Shown: piece by piece, positions 12,401 through 24,197 of the stretch
Numbering within the stretch: position 1 is the stretch's first letter
Layout of the letters: each line of letters opens with the position of its first letter
Assembly: GCA_039621445.1 (NCBI GenBank)
Contig: CP154954.1
Location: 20,508,642 to 20,572,641, forward strand
From: Euglena gracilis
Lineage: Eukaryota
Length of the DNA: 64,000 bases
Reading direction: 5' to 3'
Position numbers and translations under genes: made by a program
The notes under the pieces: model-generated
What the model was told of the DNA's origin: nothing
The model's input: the letters and a program-made list of their open reading frames with translations, nothing else
Database searches by the model: none

Positions 12401-14082
12401 CCTGCGGCGTTCGCAATTGCAGTTCAAAATCTTGTTGAAAAAGTGGGTGAGCTGGTCGGATGGCAAGCATGGTACTTGGATGATGCCCATCTCGTGGGTA
12501 CCCCAGCACAACTGGAGACAGCAGTCCGATACATTTTGCGAGAAGGACCCCTCATTGGGGTTTCCCTGAATATATCCAAGTGTCGATTGTGGGGACCTGC
12601 CTTTGGAATGGAGTGGTCCAGCCTCCCAACCAACACAACCCCGCTCCAACAAATTCCGGTGCAGGAATATTCTGAAGCAAGTGGCCTCAAGGTCCTTGGA
12701 CTGCCAGTCTGCCACCCAGCAGGGGGGGCGTTCGCCTCCACTGTTTGGGCTCCACGAGTCGAAATGGTTCTGAAGGCATGCAATCTCCTACAGCTTGTGC
12801 CAAGTGCCCATGTCCAGTACACCCTTCTGCGTCAATGTTTGGATGCATGTCGCGTCAATGACCTACTGAGGGGAACACCACTGCCGCTTGCTGGGGACCA
12901 ATGCTTATTGCTGAGCCACTGTTTACGAAACACGCTGAGTTGCATCATGACAGGACCAGTTGATGACAACCAGTGGTCACAGGCCACCTTGCCACCCCGT
13001 TTGGGGGGACTAGGAATTAAGGATCCGCAGGAATGCCGACTCGCTGCACGGTGGTCAGCCCAACTGGACTTCCTCCAAAGGGCAGTAAACGTTGTTGGGA
13101 CTTCCGGACTTCGTAATCCGCAATATGAAACCACCAGATTTTGACTCCGCACTGACATTGCTGAAGATCGTTGGTGTTGAAGGTCAACCCCTGCAGGCCT
13201 TAACAGATGACTCCACCCGTGCCACCCAACTACCACGAGAAATGGTGTCACAGAAACACTGGGGGAACGTCTGCTCAATGCTGCGCCAAAAGAAACTGCA
13301 AAACTCCCTGTCCGGATCCGATGCCATCCGATTTTCCTGCCAAACAAGGCCTCATGCCATGGCCTGGACGTGTGCAGTCCCCTCTGCTGGCACAAAAACC
13401 CTTGTTCCCACGAAAGAATTTGTTGCCCTCCTCCAATGGACGCTTGGCGCTCCTGTGGTAAAAACAGAAGAGAGCCACTCTCCCGCATGTCCACGATGCA
13501 TGAGCCCACTTGACACAGCCGGCCACCACCTCGTCTGCTGCCACCGTAACAACCTCGTTCGGCGGCACGGGGCAGTGCAAAGCTTTGTCCTGAACCTGGC
13601 ACAGCGAGCTGGCTTTCCTGCACGTCGAGAAGAAAAAGCTGAGGACGGAACTCGACCGGGCGATGTTTTCATCACTCGATTTGACGCAAATGGACCCGCA
13701 GCCATTGATGTCACAGTCAGACACCCACTAGCACCCTCCAGGTCACCTCCAGCTCAGGTGGACAATTGGCACACTCGACAGGAAGAAGACAAAATTGCCA
13801 AGTATGGGGACCCTTGCAAGCGACGAGGCTGGACATTTATCCCACTGGTGATGGACTGCTACGGTGGCATGAGTGAAGCAGGCCAAGGATTCGTCTCCAC
13901 ATGCATCCGCCTCCAAACAAGCCAACATAACGGCTGGGAGAGAGGGGGGTGTGGAGGCCAGTGCATGGCAGGGACTTGGAATGGCTTTGATGCGCGAGTT
14001 GGCAAGACAACTGGCATGGGGACAGTGCCCTGAGCAACTACTTGATTGCAATAGCGGTGGTACGCATTCCCCATACTTTTGA
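9443..14082 (+). pseudogene. Retrotransposon polyprotein (reverse transcriptase / restriction-like endonuclease), two frameshifts
   Basis: Three overlapping ORFs (9443-13144, 13092-14033, 13873-14082) give a continuous RT-ZnK-REL protein. The C-terminus matches the copy at 29005-29187. Confidence 0.85.
9708..9873 (+). repeat. 24-bp tandem repeat (CTGGGCCTGCAAAGGCCCCCTCAT), ~7 copies
   Basis: Seen directly; encodes LGLQRPPH repeats. Further dispersed copies at 10160-10315. Confidence 0.9.
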
Positions 14083-14457
14083 GTGTGACTTCATCCAGTG
14101 CACCGACCACCTCTACCACCTTCGGTGGCCCACACAGAGCCAGGCCCATGAGGCCGGCTTTCTCACCCACTCTCGGACGGCTCTGAAACAACCCCAGGCA
14201 CAAATCAGCCACTCTCGGACGGCTGTGAAACCACCCCAGGCACAAATCAGCCAACCAGCCAATGACACAAACACGCCAACAGTGGCAGGCAAAACACACA
14301 CTCCCCCCCACCCCCCCCCCCGCCGCCGTATATATTGAAGATGGGACTTTCCCATTTTCCTCTAACCATGGACCGCAGGACGGGCACGGCACTCCGTACA
14401 ACCTTTATGTACTTTACACCCATAGTATCTACCGGCGACCTGTGGCCGCACAGGGAG

Positions 14458-15144
14458 TCATGAGGAGTTTCTCCTTGTGGCGAGGGCCAAAAGAGACATC
14501 TCCCTGGGCCCGGGGCACGGTCTGGGTGAAGCTGTGCTACCCGCCGTGTTGTTGCTTTGTAGACGAAATAAAAAAAAGGGAAAATTGCTTGGCCCCCCTT
14601 CTCACATAACAGGGCAAAGCACAGAACCAGGGAAGAAAACAACATGCAGTGACAATTAAATCTGCACATGGGCCATGGGGGGGCCACCAGTCCAAAGCCA
14701 AATGAATGTCGATAGAGAGGCCAATGGCCCAAAAGCTGGGTGGGGACCACAGCTGCCGGTGGCCACCAGTGGGGACCGATGTGGACCACAGGGACAGGCC
14801 ACGGGCCAATGAATAAAAATTCAAGTTACAGCACAAACTGGTACAGTGCACTTGTGGGCTGGCACGGAGAGGTTGGCGGGCTGACAATACTGTGGCATCT
14901 GAGAGGTCCCAGGTGCGGAAGGAAGGAGATGCGTCGCCTGAATCCATGGGCTTGGACCAGGAGCCACCGGTTTGAGTAGTTGTCAGGTGACAAAATGTCC
15001 GAATTTTTTTGTGTTTTGCATTCACCTCAGGGCTCAATGGGGTCTTGAAATTTTCAAGCGGTTTTCCGCAGTAATACACGGTGGGTAGCACAGCTTCATC
15101 CATACGTCTCTTTTGGCCCTCGCCACAAGGAGAACCTGCTCATG
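14458..15144. mobile_element. Element bounded by long imperfect inverted repeats
   Basis: CTCCTTGTGGCGAGGGCCAAAAGAGAC and TGAAGCTGTGCTACCC at ~14471-14542 recur as reverse complements at ~15075-15134. Boundaries approximate. Confidence 0.55.
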
Positions 15145-16839
15145 GGAGACAAGGCACAGGGGGGGGAGGGGGGGGGAACGAGGGGGGTTGGAAGCTGTAC
15201 AGGGGGGGGGAGGGGGGGGGTCCCCAGAAAATCACAACTGTACTGCCTACCCCCGAGACGGTTGCGACATTTTTCGTCCAATTGAGGTTGGCAATGATGG
15301 ATTTTGCGAAATTCAGATGCATTTTGCAAAATATTTGTGTCTTGTAAAAAGAGTGGTAGCCAGTATTTTCACTTTAAACACTTAACGTGACCCCCCCTTA
15401 TTTGTCCCCCCCCCCTAATTGGCCAGAGCCCAGGTGGCCAATTAGGGGGGGGGGGGTCTCATTTCAAGGGAAAATGCCTTTATTCGGGTGTTTTTCGGGG
15501 GTTCGCGATTATGAAGGACGGGGTCCAGATGGCCAATTGGGGGGGGGGTTAGGGGTAACCCCCCCCCCCAATTTTTCCCCCCCCCGAATTGGCCAGAAGG
15601 GGGGTCCGGGCCGCCCGGAGGGCGGCCAAATAGGGGGGGAGGGGTTGGTAGTAGAAACGCAGGAAGCAGCTTCAATCACTCCCCCTTGGCACACCATGCG
15701 GAATTGAGCCAGGGTTGACGTTTTTTTGTTTTTCAACAAAGAACAAAAAAAATATGTTTTTTTTCCAAAAAAAAACACACACAAAAACATGTTTTCTTTT
15801 TTAAAAAAGTAAAATTTGACCTTTTTCCTTGCGAAATGCCCATTTTTTGAGGAAAAGGTTTTAAGGTCATTTTTTTGGTCATCAAAAGTGACGTATTTTT
15901 AGTTTTTCCGGCACCTTTAATAGACTACGAAGCTGCAGAGATGAAAAAAAGTAAAAAAAAAAGTTTAAAAAAATTCCCCCAAACCCCCATGAGGTTTTTT
16001 TGTTTTTTTTAAAAAAAACATATTTTTTCTTAGGGGGTACTACCCCCGTGTTTTTTGCCCTCTTTCGAAAGGAATTTTTGACCCCCCCCCTTATTTGACC
16101 CCCCCCCCTTATTTGAGCATTTGGGGGGTCCGTGGCCCGTGGGTGTGCTCAAATAAAGGGGGGGGTATCCTTCTCCGCCCAATGCGCCTTCACACCCAAA
16201 AATGGGGGGTCACGGGGGAAGTATGACACTTTGCAGGTAGCCGGGAGGCAACATCCATGACGTGGCATCGCGATAAAATTGGTCATTTTTTGAAAAGGGA
16301 ATTTTGTTAGGATTTTCTTGACCAACACGTTTTTGGGATGAAGTTTGGGCCATTTTTGACAAAATTCCGTTTTGGGTGGGGAAATGCACCAGTTTTTGGC
16401 ACTTCTTTCAGGGGAAAAGATTTTTGGCCCCCGCCCCGTGACCCCCCCCATGACCCCCCCGCGACCCGCACCACCCCCTTAAAAAAGCATGTTTTTTTGT
16501 TTCAAAAAAACAAGCCGTTTTTTTTAAAAAAAATTTCATCTGTCTCGGGGGGGTTGGAAGTGGGGGGGGAGGGGGGGGGTCCGGGAGGGGGGGGTTGGAA
16601 CTGTACAGGGGGGGGGAGGGGGGGGGTCCCAAGGTTTGACCAACTGTACTGCCTTGTCCCCATGACTCCCTGTGCGCACACAGGGCAGTGGTAGCTATAC
16701 TGAGGTTGCTGTACAAAGAGATCTTCGGTGACTTGGTGAGAGGTTACCCCCCCCATTATGCACCTCCTCCCCGGGAGGCCGAAACTGGGGGGGAGGTACA
16801 CTGCTTCCATACCAACCCGCTACAATTCTCTGTAGTGAC

Positions 16840-18235
16840 TCCAGATGAATGCTCACAACACTGGTGGCAACAGGAACTCACCAAATCCTCAATTGACAAT
16901 TTGCTCGCCAAACTGCCCCCCAGGGATCAAGCCCGTTTGCTGGGGGTGTTCCCCCCGCACCCCCCTGCCCCCCCCCCCCCGCGTCCCCCCTGCGTCCCGG
17001 ATTTTGGCCGGGTACATTTTTTTGGTCGACTAAAGGAAAAGTACACACAAATTTTGTTGACGCCAAAGAAAACGAGTGGGGCCAGTTGGGCAATTCCCCC
17101 GCCCCCCGCGTCCCCCCCCCGCGCAGTGGTTTCGGTCACGGTTGGATGGCATCCCCTCCCAACTTCGCGAACCACTGCATAATCAAACCAGTTGACTACT
17201 GCCTGGGCCCGAAATGGTGGCTGGGCTTGCAAATATCCCCGACTTCACCTGATGCACTTTGTGAAGGCTGCCAAAGTGCGGTGGATCCGTTCGGGGATCA
17301 CTGGATGTGCTGCATCCGGAACAACTTCTCTCTGCGCCACAACGCCGTACAGGACGCTCTTTTCACACTTTTGTCCAACACCGGCCAAGGGGTACAGAGG
17401 GAGGTCCCAGTTCCAAATCAACCCGATGGCAGTCTACGCCCTCCTGACCTGTTGTTGGCCAGTTGGCAAGATGGTCAACCAACAGCAGTCGACATTACAA
17501 TTTGCCATTGCTTGCAAGCTTCAGAAAGAACAGCATCGAGAGAGCTTTGGCGCATATTCCTAAAGAGAAAAGAGACCAGCAAGCGCCTCAAGGAGGTTAG
17601 GCAGGGGTGGGGGGGGGCTGTGGACCCCCCCCGGTGAAGTTCACCGGTGAACGTTCACCGGGGGGGAGGGGGGGGTACTTTCGGCGGTGAAGTTCACCGG
17701 TGAAGTTCACCGGTGAACTTCACCGTTTTGATGGTTGGGGGTGAAATTTTCATGGGTAAAATTTTGCTCCTTTCCTCTCAAAATGGTCATTTTGAGGTTG
17801 ATGCTTCATGGAATTTTATCGAAATTTCCGAAAACTTGCCTGAAATGCCATTTTTTGGCCATTTTTGGCCAAAAAAAAGTGCTCTCTTGGTGAACTTCAC
17901 CGGTGAAGTTCACCGATGGGTTAGGCAGAGGGGGGGGGAGGGGTCCGGGACCCCCCGGTGAACTTTCAAACGGTGAACTTCACCATAGGGGGGGGGGAGG
18001 GGGGTCAAAACGACCAAAGTCCACTGCCTGATCTCCCAAGTAACGGCCCGTGCAAAGCAGGAGGCTGGACTTTCACCATGTTGGCATTCGGAACCTGGGG
18101 AGGCGGCCTGGGTCCGGAGACGTCCAAACTGCTCGGTAGGATCATCAAACGAGCAGCTGCATGGCATGACGGTGAACAGCGAACGACGCGTCACGCCAAA
18201 CTCTACCAGAGCATATCCCTAGCCCTCGCCCGAGG
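16840..18235 (+). pseudogene. Degenerate CRE-like retroelement 3' fragment (Zn knuckle + REL), interrupted by MITEs
   Basis: SQHWWQ.., CEGC..GDHWMCC, RHNAVQD, RPPDLL, AVDITICH, GWTF..LAFGTWGG motifs in ORFs 16688-17182, 17086-17637 and 17958-18455. Confidence 0.8.
17592..18036. mobile_element. MITE (GGAGGTTAGGCAG TIR family), 3-bp TSD CAA
   Basis: TIR GGAGGTTAGGCAG/CTGCCTGATCTCC, CAA on both sides, internal 24-bp palindromes GTGAACTTCACCGGTGAAGTTCAC. Confidence 0.85.
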
Positions 18236-18244
18236 TAGAGGTGA

Positions 18245-18352
18245 CCTCTACCTCTACCTCTACCTCTACCTCTACCTCTACCTCTACCTCTACCTCTATC
18301 CCTCTACCTCCACCCAGCCCTGGCTGAGTGCTTGTGTTTTTGCTTTGTGCCG

Positions 18353-18430
<78 letters not shown>
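18245..18430. repeat. (CTCTAC)n and (GT)n microsatellites
   Basis: Seen directly. Confidence 0.95.
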
Positions 18431-18433
<3 letters not shown>

Positions 18434-18689
18434 GTACAAAGTAAAACATCTGTGAGGTAAGATGCGGCAGCAAGACTGGGCATTCAATTCGCTCGTGAAA
18501 ATTTTCCATCGTGAAATTTATGGCCGGCCGTTGAAAATTTCACGCATTTTTTCAAAAATTTCACTCGTCCTTAGTATGGAAGACGTATTTCCTTCGTGGT
18601 CCCTATTGAATGCAAAGAAGATTAGCGTTCATCAGCCGTGTCTGAGACGAATCTATGTTTAAGTTTGCCAGCACTCATGGCCAAAAAAT

Positions 18690-19310
18690 TGACCACAACC
18701 TGTGGTCAAAAACTGACCAGGACCTGTGGCCAAAAACTGGCCACCACCTGTGGCCCAAAACTGGCCAGCACCTGTGGCCCAAAACTGGCCAGCACCTGTG
18801 GCCAAAAACTGGCCAGCACCTGTGGCCCAAAACTGGCCACCACCTGTGGCCCAAAATTGGCCAGCACCTGTGGCCAAAAACTGGCCAGCACCTGTGGCCA
18901 AAAACTGGCCAGCACCTGTGGCCCAAAACTGGCCACCACCTGTGGCCCAAAACTGGCCACCACCTGTGGCCCAAAACTGGCCAGCACCTGTGGCCAAAAA
19001 CTGGCCAGCACCTGTGGCCCAAAACTGGCCACCACCTGTGGCCCAAAACTGGCCACCACCTGTGGCCCAAAACTGGCCAGCACCTGTGGCCAAAAACTGG
19101 CCACTGTGGCCCAAAACTGGCCACCACCTGTGGCCCAAAATTGGCCAGCACCTGTGGCCCAAAACTCCAGCACCTGTGGCCAAAAACTGACCAGCACCTG
19201 TGGCCAAAAACTGGCCAGCACCCGTGGCCAAAAACTGGCTACCACCTTTTGTGGCCCAAAACTGGCCAGCACCTATGCTGGCCACCACCTGTGGCCCAAA
19301 ATTGGCCACC
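18690..19310. repeat. 24-bp minisatellite (TGTGGCC[A/C]AAAACTGGCCA[G/C]CACC)
   Basis: About 25 tandem copies, open in all six frames. Confidence 0.93.
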
Positions 19311-21312
19311 AAACCAACAAAATCACAGTGCACCAGATTACCATTTTGGACAGACAATTTAAGATCCTAGTCACAACAATCACAGCAGAATCAGAAAATA
19401 CACGCATTGTCTCGGATGGCTGCAATAAAAACAAAATGGAGCAGTTTTGCAGGGACATGCTCAGGTCCAGATTATCAATTCCAATGGCTCATCATCATGT
19501 CCTCCAATGATCTCATTCCCAAGCATATAATTCAACAACTGTGAGACCTGAAGCAGAGAAAAATGAAAATTCTCTGACAGAATTGTTTGGCAAACCTTTG
19601 TCATGGGGAGCTTGGCAATACAAATCCAACACAAAGTCTTCACCAGTACACTTTCTTTCGCATCTGCAGCAGGCTGTCCACAAAGTATGAAGCCAATGGC
19701 TTTCCCAATAACGTCAGATAACACAAGTTCGAACTGTTCATGAAGTTGAACTCCACTGCCACTCTTTCAATCCTCCAGATGCCTTCTGCACATCATCCCA
19801 GTGAACAATAATTGCAACAAACATTTGTGGCAACAATTGAATTGAACCTCCGTCTCCTTGAGGACCTGCAATGAGCGTTTCCGGGCCACCCGCCCGCTTG
19901 TCCGACATGTTCATGAGAGAAAAACGGACGCTCAGAAGGAACGGCCGCTTGGGTATTTCCTAGTAGGATTCTCCTATTTTTTCAGTGAAAATATTGAAAT
20001 TTTTGAAAATTTTGAAATTTTCTGAAAAAATAAAAAATCTTGAAATTTGCCCAGTCTTGTGCGGCAGGGAAGGAGTGAGGGCAAAACCCCGCAACGGTGG
20101 TTCTTGCCGCGGTAAGTGTCTCCATCTCTCCGTTGTTGCTTCTCGTTTTGCTGCGTGCTGCTCCCCGCGGCTGGTGCTGATGTCATCGACTTGTTTGCTC
20201 GCCTGGCGTTCTGGTTGGCTTATCTTCTTTCTTCTGGCCTTTTGCTTTTACCATGTGGCATGCTTTGGTCGTAGCAGCTGCCAAACTTGACTCACCTCAA
20301 TGCCAAAATTTTAAAGAAAGTGGCTTATAAAGAAAATTTCTGCCGAGCGAAGGCAATTTTATGCAAAAAATCAGAAATTGGCCATTCTTGTCACGAATCT
20401 CTTAGGTATGGCAGTTTTTGAAACCACCCATCCGGATAGTTTTTCTCATTCGTAACCTAAATAAGAAGCGTTGAGATGCTAATTTGCCAAATTTGAGGCA
20501 TGTGGAGCCTTTTGTGGCCCTCATTGGTGCCAGTTTATGACATTTTATGGACATAGAGGTGACATAGAGGTAGAGGGGGGTCGGCACACCCCTCCCCCCC
20601 CCTCACCAACCCCCTCGCCACGCCATTTTACCCCCCCCCCCCCTTTTTAGACCCCCTCGCCACGCCATGTCAGGCCCGCCAAAGAAAATTTTCTTGGCAA
20701 ACCCCCGCGCACCCCTCCCCCCCCCATCCGGGACACCCTCGCCACGCCAAACCCCCCCCCCCCTAGCCGGATACCTCGCCACGGCGTGCCGACCCCCCAG
20801 AGGTAGAGGTAGACGTGGGTCAGATAGAGGTAGAGGACTTTGACCTCTACCTCTACCTCTATCCAGCCCTGACTCAGCACGTACCGAGCACACACAGCAC
20901 GCACCGCTGTACATGTTGTACATAGAACGGAGGTTAGGCAGGGGTGGGGGGGGGCCTGTGGACCCCCCCCCCCGGTGAAGTTCACCGGTGAAACTTCACC
21001 GGGGGGGGGGGGAGGGGGGGGGTACTTTCGGCGGTGAAGTTCACCGGTGAAGTTCACCGGTGAACTTCACCGTTTTGATGGTTGGGGGTGAAATTTTCAT
21101 GGGTAAAATTTTGCTCCTTTCCTCTCAAAATGGTCATTTTGAGGTTGATGCTTCATGTAATTTTATCGAAATTTCCGAAAACTTGCCCAAAATGTCATTT
21201 TTTGGCCATTTTTGGCCAAAAAGTGCTCTCTTGGTGAACTTCACCGGTGAAGTTCACCGATGGGTTAGGCAGAGGGGGGGGGGAGGGGGTCCGGGACCCC
21301 CCGGTGAACTTT

Positions 21313-22706
21313 AAAACCGTTAACCGTTCACGGGCTTCCCCACGTGAGGAAACGGGGTGCGTTCACGGGTGCGCACTACGGCACCCGTGAACGGACCCCG
21401 TTTTCACATATGCGCACCCGTGGTCGGTTCACGGGTGCACGCACGGCAGCCGTGGACGGAATTTTGCCTTTAAAAAAGGGAAAATATTTATGCAGTAGGG
21501 AAGAGGATTTGAAACAAATGGCGAACGGGCAAGGTCTCCGGGCAAGTTTTTCATTGTGCCCACGACGATGCTGTACGATTTTCGCCCGTCCATAATTTGC
21601 GGCTTGAAACTTTCGACCACCAACCGACGAAGAACCTCCCCTCGGTATCCGGTGGTGTACCCCAACAAAAGTACATTCCTCCTTTGGACCCAAAATGGTG
21701 TGTTCCCTTCGGCAGCCTTCAAAACTGTGAGCAACTCGTCCGCCTGCAAAACTGTGTTTGTCAACCCACCCTTGGCCTCCATTGCCTTTTTGGCCCTTTC
21801 GTGCGTGACGAGTGGCTTCATTAACGCATTGAACTGCGGGAACTGGGACACAGACGATGGTACAATGATGGCATAAACGGGAGCCAATGCCTTGTAAATG
21901 TTGCTTACAGCATTTACATAGGTCCGAAAACTGGACACTGGCATGGAGCGAAGGCGCCCATCTTTTCCTGCCTTCTCCTGCCTTGTCTGGACCCAGGCAT
22001 CGGCTTCCTGCTGCGTCTTGAAAAGTTCACGAGCATCAACGCACCATCTGGCCCATCCCACCAAAACTTCGTCCAAAGAGCCAAAAACAATGCCATGCCG
22101 GTTGCAAACATCCATATACTCCAAAAAACACTTTACTGCGGCATGGTTCTTGGGGCCCAAGTCACAATTTTGACCACCGGTGGGGAGACTGCCTAAAAGG
22201 GCATCCACTGCAGCAGCTCCTAGGGAGCCGGCACCACGTAAAACAGCCAGAAATTCATCTACGTTGGGGGGGCGGGGCATCTGTGCTTCCATCATGTTGG
22301 CAAAACGCTTCATCGGACTGTGGGGAAAAGCAGCAGACAGACAGAAACACAAATTTTAAAAACCCCAAAAAATTCAAATTCCGATCACGGGTAACACCTT
22401 GCGCAACCGTGGTCGGTTCACGGGTGCACGCACGGCAGCCGTGGACGGAAATTCCGTTCACGGGTGCGCACTACGGCACCCGTGAACGGCCAAAGTTCAC
22501 CCGTGAACGCCAAAAACGAGATTTTTGACCCCCTAGGCATCTCGTTAGGAAGCGCTTGCCTACTGCGAGGAAGCCCGTGAACTTGGTTAACGGTTTTAAG
22601 ACAAAAGCGGGGTCCGATCACGATTCCCGGTGGAGAAACGGGGGGCGCCTACGGCGCCCCCCGTTTCTCCACCGGGAATCGTGATCGGACCCCGCTTTTT
22701 CTTATA
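21313..22706 (-). mobile_element. Hairpin-ended tyrosine-recombinase-family element, copy 2
   Basis: Inserted at GAACTTT^CAAACGG of the MITE without TSD. The left end is inverted at 22569-22599, followed by a terminal hairpin ~22598-22704 with tip GGCGCC-TAC-GGCGCC. Confidence 0.88.
21520..22313 (-). pseudogene. Tyrosine recombinase (phage-integrase-like), C-terminally truncated
   Basis: SSFRTYVNAVSNIYK (core-binding helix), then VLQADELLTVL..QRRNVLLLGYTTGYRGEVLRRL (box I Arg), then YSIVVGTMK (Lys). No HxxR or catalytic Tyr box before the ORF runs into terminal repeats. Confidence 0.78.
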
Positions 22707-23639
22707 CAAACGGTGAACCTCACCATAGGGGGGGGGGAGGGGGGGTCAAAATGACCAAAGTCCACTGCCTGATCTCCAACGCCCCACGGAGTCTCTCAAG
22801 GACAACAATCGACAAATTTTGCACAGGGAAAAAATTGGGGGTAGGGGTCCTTGAGCCCCCCCCCCCAATTGAATTGGCTGATTGGGGGTCTGAAGGAGCC
22901 CATTAGCCAAATAGGGGGGGGGGGTGAGGGTAATGTGCCAGGGAGGGGGGGGCGCGTGTGTTGTGCTTTCTTTCCGTTGGATGGCGTGTGTGTGTCGGGA
23001 CCTAAGGGCTGTTTTGCTCCATGTATTCATATGGGTTTCGGTTAATTTTCATCTTTGGTCGCGAACAGATGGCTACACTGACGTTGGTGGCAAGGTTCCC
23101 GTTTTTTTTTGTTTTACAACAAAGCAAAAAAACTTTCATGAGTAAAAAAACGGTTTAAAAACGGTTTTTTGTTTTAAAAAAGGGTGTTTTTTTAAAATAA
23201 AACACTACAAATAGGAAAAACCTGTTTTAAACAACTTGTTTAAAAACAGCCCGGGAACCTTGGGTGGCATATCAAGGAGAGGACATGGGGGACAGGGTGG
23301 TTGGTACGCCATGGCGAGGGGGTCCGAATAGGGGGGGGGGGGGGGGAAAATGGCGTGGCGAGGGGGGCGGCGACCAAGGGGGGGGGGGCGGGGTGTCCCC
23401 TGGTATCCAACAAAATTTTCGTTCAAAAAATCACGAAAATCCCCGGCGGCGTGACGAGGGGGTCCGGCTAGGGGGGGGGGGGGTAAATGGCATGGCGAGG
23501 CCCTCGGAGGGGGGGGGGAGGGGTGTACCAACCCCCCACGGGAGTGTGAAGCGGGTATGGTTCATGTGGAGGGGGTGGGTTAACCAAGGTCGACAGGTGT
23601 TTACTGGGAATACGGGAGGTGGCAACCGGCAGATAGGTC

Positions 23640-23800
23640 GTGTCATTTGACAGGTTGGTGTAGAAGCTCCAAACCAGTTGTTTAGAGATTTCTTTGGCCA
23701 GGAGTGAGAGTCCTTGCCACACTTCTGCTTGGGTTTGGCGCTGAAGCCAACTCTCCCTTTGCCCTAACAAGGCTTTAAGGAGAGTGGACATCAGAGAACG
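23640..23800 (-). pseudogene. CRE-like retroelement C-terminal fragment
   Basis: QAEVWQGLSLLAKEISKQLVW resembles AWQGLGMALMRELARQLAW of the main element. Confidence 0.65.
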
Positions 23801-23805
23801 TCCTT

Positions 23806-24197
23806 GTGAAGTTCACCGTTTGAAAGTTCACCGGGGGGTCCCGGACCGCCCCCCCCCCCCTCTGCCTAACCCATCGGTGAATTTCACCGGTGAAGTTCAC
23901 CAAGAGAGCACTTTTTGACCAAAAATGGCCAAAAATGACATTTTTGGGCAAGTTTTCGGAAGTTTCGATTTAATTACATGAAGCATCAACCTCAAAATGA
24001 CCATTTTGAGAGGGAAGGAGCAAAATTTCACCCATGAAAATTTCACCCCCAACCATCAAAACAGTGAATTTCACCGGTGAACTTCACCGGTGAACTTCAC
24101 TACCGAAAGTACCCCCCCCCCGGTGAACGTTCACCGGTGAAGTTCACCGGGGGGTCCACCCCCCCCCCCCCCCCCCCCCCCGTACTGCCTAACCTCC
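23806..24197 (-). mobile_element. Partial reverse copy of the GGAGGTTAGGCAG MITE
   Basis: Reverse complement of most of 17592-18036, ending CTGCCTAACCTCC. Confidence 0.8.

Larger units (their letters stand above)
9382..14082 (+). mobile_element. CRE/SLACS-clade non-LTR retrotransposon (RT + CCHC + REL endonuclease), frameshifted
   Basis: RT motifs RPIAAGECLRRLVGK, QFGVG, LQLDFANAFN, GVQQGDPCGP, WYLDD, LGGLGI in ORF 9443-13144. CPRC..GHHLVCC, RHGAV, RPGDV, AIDVTV, EEDKIAKY in ORF 13092-14033. Frameshifts near 13090 and 13945. 3' end not defined. Confidence 0.92.
20929..22777. mobile_element. MITE (GGAGGTTAGGCAG family), TSD AAC, hosting YR element copy 2
   Basis: Same TIRs as 17592-18036, AAC on both sides. 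The empty site CATAGAACGCCCC is visible at ~24286-24298. Confidence 0.85.

Noticed and set aside
18638-19510. Repetitive ORFs, or a possible CRISPR-like array
   Set aside because: Head-to-tail 24-bp minisatellite with no unique spacers, open in all frames, eukaryotic context.
19330-19910. Possible Cys-rich transposase remnant on the minus strand
   Set aside because: Interrupted by stops, with no recognisable catalytic motif.
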